This document shows, one piece after another, positions 33,412 to 44,207 of a stretch of 64,000 nucleotides of DNA. Every line of letters starts with the position of its first letter. Position 1 is the stretch's first letter. The notes beneath the pieces were generated by a model. It was given only the letters and a program-made list of their open reading frames with translations, ran no database searches and was not told the DNA's origin. The DNA lies in assembly GCA_965603825.1 (NCBI GenBank), contig CBFDEM010000021.1, forward strand, positions 124,001 through 188,000, given 5' to 3'. Source of the DNA: Blepharisma stoltei ATCC 30299 (lineage: Eukaryota > Protista > Ciliophora). Position numbers and translations under genes: made by a program.

Positions 33412-34959
33412 ATGGCAACTGAGTACCTGTCTGAAGTTTTTCAGCTTTCAAAATCCAACCCAAAAGCAATAAATGCTGTACAGTTTATCATACAAAAAAC
33501 ACATAGTGATCTTATATCAAGCCCGATAGTCCAAGCAATGAGAGCTCCTCGGGTATGTTTTATATAGAAATCAAGTCTGAATAATTTAATCTCAAAATTG
33601 CATTTAAAATCGCAGAATGATGAAAGAGAAGAGCTGCTTCGGAAAGAAAAACTTAAAGAAGCAAAAACGCAAAAAAGAATGCTTCAGGAGCAGCTTATGT
33701 CTATCCAAGAATCAATCCGAGCCTTAGATGAAATTGATGAAACCGCTGATCAAGCTAATAAAATCAATCTTCAAAATTCAAGAGTGCGAAGAGAGTACTT
33801 AGAAATGGAAAAGAAAAAATGTGAAGAAGCTTCAATGCTTGCAAGAAAGTTTTATTTGGAACAAAAACGTCTGCAAAAGAAATGGAACAAAAAACTAAAA
33901 GAAAGGGATCTGATGATAGAAGAAGACTTAAAAGCCAAACAGCAAGAGCTTGAAGCTGAAAACCTCCGCAAAGAAGAAGAATACAAAGAATACCTTGAAA
34001 GAATGCAGCTGAAAAAAGAAAAAAGGCAGCAAGAGCTCGAAGAAATGAAAAAATTAAATTCCTACTACGAAGAAATTAAAAAGAAAAAGCCTTTATACGT
34101 AAAAATCGAAGAAAAATACAAAAGCGAATACGAAATGCCAGAGCTCGAAAAAAGAAAAGCTGAGCTTGCCAAGAAAAGAATGATGTATCAGCCTGTCAAA
34201 CTTGAAGAAATTGCTGAGCACGCCAAATGATATGACACTATTAAGCATGAGCAGCAAAAAAAAGTCGAAAGGGAGCAGCTATCAAAATTACTAGACAGCC
34301 AAATTAGGCTAAGTGAGACCATGAGGAGCTCCTGAAGTGCAAGAATTCTTGAGCACGATAAATTAGAAAAAGAAGCCCAAGAAGCTCAAAGAGAAGAAAG
34401 GCTAAAAATGATTGAAAAGAAAACAAGATACGCAGAACTCGTAAAAGAAATGTTCCAGCCTTCTATAGATAGAGCTAAGCAGCAAGAACTCCAAGAAAGG
34501 ATCGAGCAGCAGGTGAACCCACCAAAACACAAAATATCGAAAACTATTGAAAATACTTTGGCATATAACAGTCCTATTGTTAAATGGAAGCCGGGACTTA
34601 AAAAACCTAAAGCAAAAGAAGAGGCCAAAAAAGAAGTTAAAGTCTTTGATTATCTAGGACATATGAGGAAGGTCAGAGAAGACCAACTTAATGAACAAAA
34701 TACTGATAATTTGGATATTGATTGGGAAAATGATATACACTCAAATCTCCCAGCTGCTGAAAAAGCCAAAAGAATTAAAGCAAAAGCAGATAAACTAGAG
34801 AAAAAATGTAAAAGAAAAGAAATGGTTTTCAGGTCGAGCATGCCTGCAAATCTGAAAGCAATTAAGCAAAGCGAAAGTGTGGATAATTTATTGATTAATT
34901 CAATAAAAGCAAAATTGGCTGTTTTGGAATATACTGGGAATAATGAAGGATATAATTAA
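33412..34959 (+). CDS. Coiled-coil hypothetical protein (~510 aa); intron at 33553-33567
   Basis: ATG at 33412; the intron and TGA codons join ORFs 33598 and 34408 in one frame. Confidence 0.75.
33553..33567 (+). other. 15-nt intron
   Basis: GTATGTTTTATATAG; contains the in-frame TAG. Confidence 0.8.
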
Positions 34960-34997
34960 TAAAAAAATCGTTAATTAGAAAGTTGTTATATAATTAA

Positions 34998-35297
34998 ATG
35001 GGCTGCTGCAAATCTAGTATCGAAAAAGCAGAATTCTTACTGCAGGAACAAAAATTAGTAGAAAGTGAAATGACTACAGGCTGCGATTCCCCTAATTTCA
35101 AATACTTACAAAATAATGAAGCTGATACTCCGACCACAACAAAAGCAGTGGAAACTCCTAAGTTTGGGAAATTTACTTTTAATTTCAATGAAGATATAAA
35201 CGAAGATGAAGAAAATTTTAGAATTGATAAAAGAACGGATTATAAAGCAAAAGGATCAGAAAAAAATTCTAATAAAAACACACAGAAAAGTAATTAG
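34998..35297 (+). CDS. Small protein with N-myristoylation/palmitoylation signal (MGCCKS)
   Basis: MGxxxS motif plus two cysteines. Confidence 0.6.
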   Translation: MGCCKSSIEKAEFLLQEQKLVESEMTTGCDSPNFKYLQNNEADTPTTTKAVETPKFGKFTFNFNEDINEDEENFRIDKRTDYKAKGSEKNSNKNTQKSN

Positions 35298-35704
35298 TGC
35301 ACATATTTTAACTTTTTCCGGAATTTATTTTAATATATTTTTTATAAATGCGTTTGTTTCTGCAGTTAAAAATATTAGAATTGTTTAATATATAATAATA
35401 GCCAGTTTTTAAATATTTTGATATAATAAAACGATAATAATTATATGGCTTTAAAAAATAATATAAATTATTATAGTAAGATAAAAGATTAATTAAACAT
35501 TTGGTATAATGGAATGGCATTGGTATTATATTCTGCAATAAATAATAATTTCTTTTATAGACAATTATAATAGAAGCTAGATCAAAATTCAGAGCTTATC
35601 TTCAATAATATTCCATTAAATTGATGAAAAATTAAAAATATCAACATTTTTGAATGATAATATCCCATTTTACGACATATCAGAAAATTAGATGAAATTT
35701 TAAA

Positions 35705-36322
35705 ATGAAAGAAGATAAAGATACGCCACTTCAACCAGAAGAAAATGAATTATATCGAGTTAGAACCCAAGAAAATACTGAGCATATAAATAGTGAAGAC
35801 CTCAGTCCCAATGCCCAGAGAATAACTAGCGAAACTGATGAACTTAATTTTCAACCTATTTCGCTTGATCATCCTTTAGATTTTAAGCAGAAATCCGAAA
35901 GCAATGCTGTCTATTCCTCAATAATAGGCTACGCAAAATTCACCAGATGATATTCAATCATAGACTGCTTGATTTGTTTAATTTTTCTGATTTCTGAGTT
36001 TTACTATCTCGTTTTGCTTATTTTTGTCCCTATTATAGGCTATTTAGCGGGATATCATTTAAATAAGCTTCTTCTAACAGGATACATTATATACGAAGTG
36101 ATTATTTCAGTAATCAGGGTTTTGATTATTCCAATTTCTAATTTTTTATTATTCAAAGTGCTGACAACCATGACTGTTATTTTCACATTTTTTATTGTGC
36201 TATTCTTGATTCGGTTTTACAGGCATTTAGGGAAAATTAATGAAGAAGAAAAGCAAGAAATTCATGTGCTTTTGCATAAGCGGATTAAGTCGCATGAAAT
36301 CCCAAAAAAAGAATTTAATTAA
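35705..36322 (+). CDS. Multi-pass membrane hypothetical protein (~205 aa)
   Basis: ORFs 35705 and 35969 are joined by TGA; about four hydrophobic segments. Confidence 0.7.
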
Positions 36323-36413
36323 TAAAAATTTTGTTTCTATAAGAATAATTATCTCTACTAATTATCTATCTGCGTAATATTTTATAAGAGTAATTTTCAT
36401 TGATAATAATCAT

Positions 36414-37733
36414 ATGAAGGAATTAATTTTGACTCTTATCGTATCAATTTGTTCTGCTCAGTACTTGAATTTCTTTGTAGTGACTGACATTCACTATGAT
36501 ATTGCTTATCAGCAAAATTATAGCTATCCTTATCTTTGCCACTCAGTTGGCATTGATGGCGAAAAATTGAATCCAGTCCCAACTAATGATACAGCTCCTT
36601 TAGGAAGGTATTTTTGTGACTCTCCTATGACGCTGGCAGCACTAGCTTTTCAACAAATGAAAGCAGTTAACCCAAACCCAGATTTTATTTTACTTTTAGG
36701 AGACTCTGTCGCCCATTTTACTTCAACTTTATTAAACCAGCAAGGAGTATATGACAAAGAAGCTGATAAAAATTTGGTATTATCAACCTTTACTAAAGTA
36801 ACCCAGCTTTTTACTAAATATTTCCCTAACACTCAGCTACTCCCTGTAATTGGAAATAATGATGGTTTTAGTGATTACCAAATCCCTGAAGGTGTAGAAG
36901 GCACTAACTATTTAAAATTCCTATATAATCTTTGAAGCCCTTTAATTGGATTTATGACTGATACTTTTATGAAAGGCGGATACTATGCTAGCATAACTAA
37001 AGGTGGCCTGAATTTTATTTGTTTAAATTCAAATTATTTTAGCACTCATATAAAGCTCCCTCTAATAGAAGCTGATGAACAATTAGAGTGGCTTAGAAGC
37101 CAGCTGCAGGCAAACAGAGCAAAATCTATTATAATTATGCACATTTCTCCTGGAGTTTCTATGTATGGAAAAGGAGATCCAGATTGGGACAATGATTACG
37201 TTACTAAATTTTTATCAATTGTCACAGCTTTTCAAAGCAAAATTTCTTATATTTTTGCTGGGCATTACCATTTTGGATTTTTCCAGCTGGTGCCAGGAAC
37301 TCAGCTTTCTATAATAGTCCATCCTTCGGTGTCTCCATTTTTCGGAAATAATCCAGGATTTAGATATTATACACTTAATGGCAACACTCAAGATTATATA
37401 GACTATACTTATGATTTAAACCAGACAGGCTGGTACACCCATAGTTTTTCTCAAATGTATAATTTGGATACGCTTAATTTTACTAGTGTTTATAGCATGC
37501 TGTCTAAGAATTTTACTATGCTAAACCAGTTTTTAGCGAGGTCATATGGATTAGATGTAGAGCCAGGGATTGCTAATGAATATGTATGGAATCTTGCATT
37601 GGGGTTAAATTATACCACTCAACAGTCATTAGGAAGATCTGTCATGCTATGCTCTATGCAATATTTGGCGTTTAGCGACTTTCAAAAATGCATAGGCAAT
37701 GTGAGAGGACTATTAAGAGGTAGAAACCATTAA
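36414..37733 (+). CDS. Acid sphingomyelinase-like phosphodiesterase (SMPDL3 family), secreted/lysosomal, 439 aa
   Basis: Signal peptide; TDIHYD, GRYFCDSP, LLGDSVAH, GNND, GGYY, LNSN, QLEWL, HISPG, FAGHYH, PSVSP..GNNPGFR. Confidence 0.92.
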
Positions 37734-37760
37734 TATTCTAAAAAATAATTATAATTACAA

Positions 37761-38879
37761 CTACTCAAAAGATGATCATTCTCTATCGCCTTCGACTATG
37801 CTTTCGTTAAAATCTAAAAATGGCTTTACTTCATATACTTTCATACTTAAATCAGCTTCATTGATTTTGCATTTATATAAGTTTCCATCTAAATTTGCAA
37901 CACAGAATTCGTCATTATTCACAAAACAAGCAGCTGGCCCAACACTGATTGATAAAGGACAAGTTCAAGTGATGTCAGGATTTAAAGTCAATTTTGAAGT
38001 GCTCCTTTCATATTGGAAATATGTGGGAAGATATTTACTAAACATCCCAGTTACTGAGCTGCTTTGAGGGTTTTCAAGTCTTCATAGATGAATCGTAAAT
38101 CTGTTGCTTGTTGCTATTAAATATTTATTTTCAGGACTAAAAGTGATTGAAGAAATCAAGGCTGGGTTAGTTCCCCTTCGCAGCTCATGCAATATTTCAA
38201 GTGTATTGCAGTCGAAGACTCTTATAATAGTGCCTTGCTCACTAGCGCTCGCTCCATAAGTTCCTGAGTAATCTAAGCTTAAATGGACGACTGGATTTTC
38301 ATGGATAAGTGCTTGCTTAGTTTCTCTAGTCTCAAAATTCGTAATCTTTATATATCCTGGATTCATATCTAGCGTAGCAAGTATAAATTTGTCTTTATCA
38401 TACGAGCTCGCCGCAACACCTTTTTCGTTATCACAAGTAGGTATTGAAGCTATCGGTCTTAAAGAGTTCAATAAATACACATAAGTCTAAATATTTTTTA
38501 CAATTTTTTTCAGCACAATAATACAATGATCTTTTCTTAATAAAATATTTTTAACTTCTGATCGAAATCTTGCTTCTGTTTTGATTTCTCCGTCTTTTGC
38601 ATCCCAAAAATAGACTATATTTGGAGGATAACAAGAGTTTATGGAGCTTCCTGAAATGCAAAAAAGCTGGCTTTCGAACATTTGGATTAGGGTGGAAATT
38701 CCTCCAGGAAAATGCAGCGCTGTTTCTGAATCACATCGGAAATTGATCTTGGCATCTTCAAGACGAATAACCCTGAATCCTTTTGTGGTGCCGACTGAAA
38801 GAAGAGTGTTTATATTTCGCTCATTTGGCTGATTGAAATTTAGTCTTAGGATTCTGTTTCCTATCTCTTCTGAGCTCAT
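37761..38879 (-). CDS. PROPPIN / WIPI3-4 (Atg18/Hsv2 family) WD40 protein, ~367 aa; intron at 38487-38501
   Basis: LNFNQ, SASEQGTIIRVF, ELRRGTNPA (phosphoinositide-binding motif), TIHL(W). Confidence 0.9.
38487..38501 (-). other. 15-nt intron
   Basis: GTAAAAAATATTTAG; contains the in-frame TAG. Confidence 0.85.
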
Positions 38880-39058
38880 TTTATTTATTATATTAATAAG
38901 GCATTTAAAATTTAAGCATTCTATATTTTTATTAAATAATCTTAATGCTGTGTATTTAAATTAAAAAAATTATCAGCACAAAAAGATAGTTGATCTATCA
39001 TTAGCAGTTTAAATTTACTAGATCTTAATTAAGATTAATCATAACTAATTCGCGATGA

Positions 39059-42000
39059 TTAATTTTCTTCACTTTCTTCTTTTTCAGAGTTAGATGAAAA
39101 TGACGAATTCGAGCTTGAATTGCTATCAGACGACGAGCTTCTTTCTCTTTTTTCCTCCAGAATTTCTTCATCTACACTTGAATACAGCAAAGCTCGAATT
39201 TCATCAAATCCATAATACACCTGAAACTGCGACTTCGGGGCATTTTGTGCAGCAAATTTAGCTTCTTGTATTGCGTCCTTTAAGAACTTGTTGTCAGTTT
39301 TCCTTAAAACGACCCCTCCAAATCCTGCAGGTCCAACTGGGGTAGTTTTCATTACGGTGCTAGGAGTGATTTTTGTATTTAAAATGCTTTGTCGCCTTTG
39401 GAAACCGCCCATCATAATAGATCCTCTTCTTTCTCCTTGCCTTATAATAGAGGTCCTTCTTTCTATTTGGACTTCTCTGTCTTTTTGTTTTATATCAGAT
39501 TCTAAGGTTTCTATTTGGACCTTAGCTCTGTTTAATTCATTTTCTAATACAAGCTGCTTAGATTTAGCGGCGACTAACTCGTTATTTTTTTCTTCAAATA
39601 GGCTGGAAATTCTTTTCTTGTCAGATAGCGCGATATTTAATTTATTTTCAAATTCTTCTGCTTCTTCTCTTAGCTGCTTTTCAATGTTTAAGCATTCTTG
39701 CTTTATTTTAGTTTTTTCTTCTAATAGCTGCTGATATTGTACTAGTTGTTCTTCTTTAATCTTGGCTAAAGTTTCATTTAGGACAGTGACTGATTGTTTT
39801 AGCTGAGAATTTTCTTGAGAAATTTTTTCGAAATTTTCTGTGAATTCGGCTTTGGCCTTCTCTGATTGATCGAGGACTGCTTTGTTTTCTTCTTGGCTTA
39901 TTTCAAGTTCTTTTAATCTTGCATTTATTTTGGTTTTTGACTGTTTTTCTTCAACTAATTCTTTTACTATTTTGTTATATTTTTCATTGACTGTTTTTAA
40001 TTGTGCTGCTAATTTTTCTTTTTCTTCAGCCTTAATTTCTTCATTTTTTCTAGCTGAATCTAATTGAGCCATAAAAGTTTTTAGCTGAGCCCCTAATGCT
40101 TGTTTTTCTTCTTTTGCTCTGTTTAAGCTTTCTTGGAAATGGCTGTTCATTTCTTGTATATAATTTTCTCTTTCCTGAATAAGTGCTTTATCGCTTACAT
40201 TTTGATTTAATAAAGACCTTAATGACTGGATTTCAGCAACAGACTGCTTTACTTCAGCTTGGAGGCTGAAATTTTCACTTCTTATAGCTTCTTTTTCTCT
40301 ATTTGAGTTATCAATAGCTTCTTTCAAGCTAACTTGAAGCTTATTAATTTGATTTTTTGCTTCATTTAGCTGTTTTCTCAAATTTTCATTTTCTTTTTGA
40401 AGTTTTTCTATTTGGTTAATATAATCATCCTCTTTGTCTTCAATTTCAAATAGCCTTTTGTGGAGATCTTCATTATTTTTTTCTGTTTCTCTATATTTTC
40501 CTTCTAAAACTGCTTTTTCTTCTATTAAAATTTTAATTTGGTTTTTCAGCTTCTCATTCTCATTTTCTGCTTGTGATCTTTTTTCTATTTCAGCTTGCAA
40601 ATTATTTTCAGCATTGCTAAGCTTATCTTTTATAAGGCTTTCTTGTGCCAATAATCTGTCTCTTTCTTGGGTGGCTTCAATAGCTCTTTCTTCTTGAGTA
40701 CTAAGATCTGATTTTAGATTTGTGATTTTTCGGGTCATTGAATTGTTTTCTTCTGATAATTGGATTATTTTTCCTTGGTTTTCATTGGATTCTTTTTTAA
40801 GGTTTTCTATTATTTCTTCATAGTAGTTTCTTTGTTGCTCATTTTGAGATGTTAATTTATTTACCTGCTCGTTGGCTTCATCAACTCTATCTTTATATGA
40901 GTCAACTTCTTCTCTAAGTGACACCATATCCCCTCCATGCGTTTCTTTTTCTTCTGCCATTTCTACCTGATGTTGCAGCAATTCAATCTGTTTTTGCGAA
41001 GCAACTGACAAAGTTTCATATTTTATTTTCAATTCCTGATATTCCACCGACATATCTCCTTGGAGAAGCACTTCAGCCCCAGAATCTTTGTCAATCAGCA
41101 TTTTTTTCAGCCTTTCTATCTCCAGCTTTAATTGCTCTACCAATGCTTCCAGCTCTTCAGCCGATCTTTTTACATTGCTTTTCGCGCTATTTTTAACCAT
41201 TTTAGCTCGCTCAGCAAACTTCAAAGTCCCCACAGTCTCTTCAAAATGTACCTTTCTCATAGACCCCGTACACACAAGGGCAGTTTTTGCATTCCCTCCT
41301 AAAGACTCTTTAAGTATTTGGGTAAGCTTACTTTCTCTATAGGGTATATGAGTTTCATTTTTACTAGTCAAGGCTTTGATGCATCTACCTAAGGTAGTCA
41401 AACTCAAATTGATTTTTTGAGCTTCTTTTAAAGCCTGCCCAGTTGCCCCTGTTTTGCTTAACTTTTCGCTCCCTGCCAAATCAACTAGATTCAATCTTGA
41501 TGATTTACTGCTCCCATCCGCCAAAACCTGATCCACAGTAATAATAAAAACTGTATGAGACCTGCTACTCCTTGCATTTTGTCCAGTTGCACAAGTAATC
41601 CTATTAGCCGTCGCTATAGAAATTGCATCAAAAACTTCTTCAGGTGTCGTAATGCATCTTTCAAACAGTCCAATTACAGACATCCCCTGCCCAACAAATT
41701 CTCTGATTTTTAGATTTGTATTTGGTGGTGTCGTAAGAATATCATTGATAGCTTCATTATAAATTTCTATATAACTGACCTTAATAGTAAACTGGGTGCT
41801 TTTTTTAATCCCTTGCTCGACTAAATCAAATATATGAAAAGTACTTCTTGGGATAATTCCAAAGAGTTCTTGAATGCTTTCAGGAATTTCACTTTGATTT
41901 ACCAATACCTCTGTTACTTCTTCTGGACCAAGCATAGAGAAGGTTTTTCCTGAGCCACTTTGCCCGTAGGCGAATATTGTACTGTTATAGCCGTCCATAA

Positions 42001-42199
42001 AGCTGTCAACAATTTTTCGAGACGATGATTCGTATAGATCCTCTTGAGTTTTGTCTGGACCTAAAATGGCATCAAATGCATAGATATGGTCTTTTTTGTC
42101 GTTTTTTAGAGTTGTGGGGGTAATGGTTCAGTTAACGAAGTCTCCTGAGTCACCTTTTTCATTCGCTCGAAAGCGGAAAACTACATTGACGGATTCCAT
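39059..42199 (-). CDS. Kinesin heavy chain-like motor with long coiled coil, ~1046 aa
   Basis: True start at 42199 (MESVNVVFRFR, read through one TGA). YAFDAI, FAYGQSGSGKT, EIYNE, SSRSH, LVDLAGSE, HIPYRESKLT. Confidence 0.95.
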
Positions 42200-42728
42200 A
42201 TTATTCTCTTGGAGAGAGTTATTAAGTTTAATGTAAATATCAGCAATTGACGAAATTTTGATGAAAAAGAGATTGAAATAGTCTGATAAAAATTATTTAG
42301 ATATATAGAATTATAGAATTATAGTAAGAGAATAAATGAATTGAGATTTTATTTTTTTGGTTTGGTATCAAATTTATATATATGTGAGATTATTAGAGAT
42401 GCTTTTTTATTATAGGATATTGAAATTAAACTAAAAATAATTGAAAATTATTTCTATTGATATTTTCGAAAAATATAAATTTACAAAAATTCATAGCAAA
42501 CATTCACTTGATAACCTAGGCTAGGAAAATTAAAATCCTTTAATTCTTACTAATCTAGCAACCTAATAATCTATAATTTCATTAAAATTATGCAATTTTC
42601 AATATTAATTTTCATTACTTCAATTTTTAAAACTATAAACAATCATAAATTTACCTGACAAAAATAAAACGCTATGAAATCTCATAAGGCGCTTTTTAAA
42701 GACATTTGCATATGAAATTTATTTAATA

Positions 42729-42737
42729 TTGGCGCCA
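42729..42737 (+). promoter_or_regulatory. E2F-like site upstream of CKS1
   Basis: (A)TTGGCGCCA about 50 nt before the ATG, in a very AT-rich intergenic region. Confidence 0.4.
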
Positions 42738-42785
42738 TTTTCTTAATTATGCGGCTATTCTTCGATTGAATATAATAAAATTTAA

Positions 42786-43070
42786 ATGCCTCATTTTCCT
42801 AACGAGATCGAATATTCAGAAAAATACAACGACGATGTGTATGAGTATAGGCACGTGCATCTGCCTAAAACGACCTTTAAGAAGATGCCAAGAGGAAGAC
42901 TGTTATCAGAGAGCGAATGGAGAGCTCTAGGTGTTCAACAAAGCCGAGGATGGGTTCACTATGAAATTCATAGGCCAGAACCTCATGTTCTCTTGTTTAG
43001 AAGACCTTTGGGGACTGATCCATTGACCGGATTAGCGCCTGCAGCACACCACACTGCAAGTATTTATTAA
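42786..43070 (+). CDS. CKS1: Cyclin-dependent kinase regulatory subunit Cks1/Suc1
   Basis: [20 protein letters not shown]...[36 protein letters not shown]. Confidence 0.97.
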   Translation: MPHFPNEIEYSEKYNDDVYEYRHVHLPKTTFKKMPRGRLLSESEWRALGVQQSRGWVHYEIHRPEPHVLLFRRPLGTDPLTGLAPAAHHTASIY

Positions 43071-43254
43071 GAATAATTTATATATTACACAAAACATCTT
43101 TTATATAATTTTCAAATAATGAAGAATTTTTGAATAAAAGTTCACGGGAAGAAAAATTAGGATATTATGATTTTAAGAAAAATCTGGAAATGACAATTAT
43201 GGAATCAATAATCATTATGTGCTGAGTAAGAAAATATATCCAAGTGAAGAAATG

Positions 43255-43525
43255 CTAACCCAAAGAGAAGGTCGCTAAACCTTCCTGGGTTTGAGCGAAA
43301 GTAAACCCCTGGCAGAGGTTATCCCTTGGGCGGAGGAAGGGTAACCCATTGTAGCATGCAATACTCATGCTGAGATGGATGAGCTTGGGTTTTCTCAAGA
43401 TGGGGTTTTGTCTAATAACCAAATCCTAGGATAGCGGTTCAATTGTTTCCTGGAGTAGATCTCGTTCATTGAATAAAGGTCTCCATAACACCGAGTAAGG
43501 AGGAGCAAGAGAAGGCTTGGCTTTT
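43255..43525 (+). ncRNA. Unassigned structured ncRNA candidate (~270 nt)
   Basis: About 46% GC island with no credible ORF; at least seven hairpins; G-U pairs and a GAAA tetraloop favour the + strand; ends in a hairpin plus TTTT. Confidence 0.6.
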
Positions 43526-43612
43526 ATGTCACTTTAATAGTTCTAATTCAAACTAATTATGGAATTATAATACTGATAATTAAAGTAAATAATTGGATTA
43601 GTTATGCATAAA

Positions 43613-44092
43613 TTACTCGTGTATAAGAAAAGCAGAAGAAATGATTAAGAAAACCCCTAAAGTAATTTCAATGAATTTTTCTTTATCTGTTTTCTGCTTA
43701 GCAGGGATCATATGTGACGGTAAATCACTGACATTTAAGACAATTTCTTCTTTTTTCTTTGGTTCAGAATATTTTCTTGTTAAAATACTTGGCTTATTTA
43801 CAAATTTTTTTTCTTCGATTTCATCTATTTCTAATAGTTTTTGCTTATAATCAGATTCAAGTGAATTATGTATTGACTCTTCTGTGGATAAAGCTGACTG
43901 AGTTTTTTGATTCCATTTCAATAAAGCTTCACAATTATCTCCATCTACCGTAGGATTTTGATTATTTTGAATATCCAAAAAGCTAGAAGCTTGAATTTCA
44001 CCATCTAATTTTGGATTAGCTTCAAAATCTTCCTTACTTTTTTGGTTAGCTTTATTTTCCTCATCAATCTTTAAACCATGGTCAATCTCCAT
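43613..44092 (-). CDS. Small tail-anchored membrane protein
   Basis: Acidic hydrophilic body with C-terminal TM segment ITLGVFLIISSAFLI. Confidence 0.6.
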   Translation of the reverse strand: MEIDHGLKIDEENKANQKSKEDFEANPKLDGEIQASSFLDIQNNQNPTVDGDNCEALLKWNQKTQSALSTEESIHNSLESDYKQKLLEIDEIEEKKFVNKPSILTRKYSEPKKKEEIVLNVSDLPSHMIPAKQKTDKEKFIEITLGVFLIISSAFLIHE

Positions 44093-44207
44093 GTTAGTTT
44101 TACAACAGACTAATTATTTTTTTGCAATCATTTTTCTATATTATAAGAAAACAAACTTTATATATTTTAAAATAAAATTATATTAATTAATTTCAATTAG
44201 TTTAGAG

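Noticed and set aside
35206-35538. ORFs 35206-35388 (+) and 35308-35538 (-)
   Set aside because: Extremely AT-rich I/Y/N/K translations typical of intergenic DNA.
43220-43240. TGAGTAAGAAAATA resembling the U12 snRNA branch-recognition region
   Set aside because: The match is imperfect, there is no U12 5' end or Sm site, and no U12-type introns are seen.
43250-43265. CTAACCC as a telomerase template in the structured RNA (and CAAAACCCCA on the minus strand near 43401-43410)
   Set aside because: Neither matches a permutation of the CCCTAACA repeat reported for Blepharisma and Stentor, and both are short enough to arise by chance.
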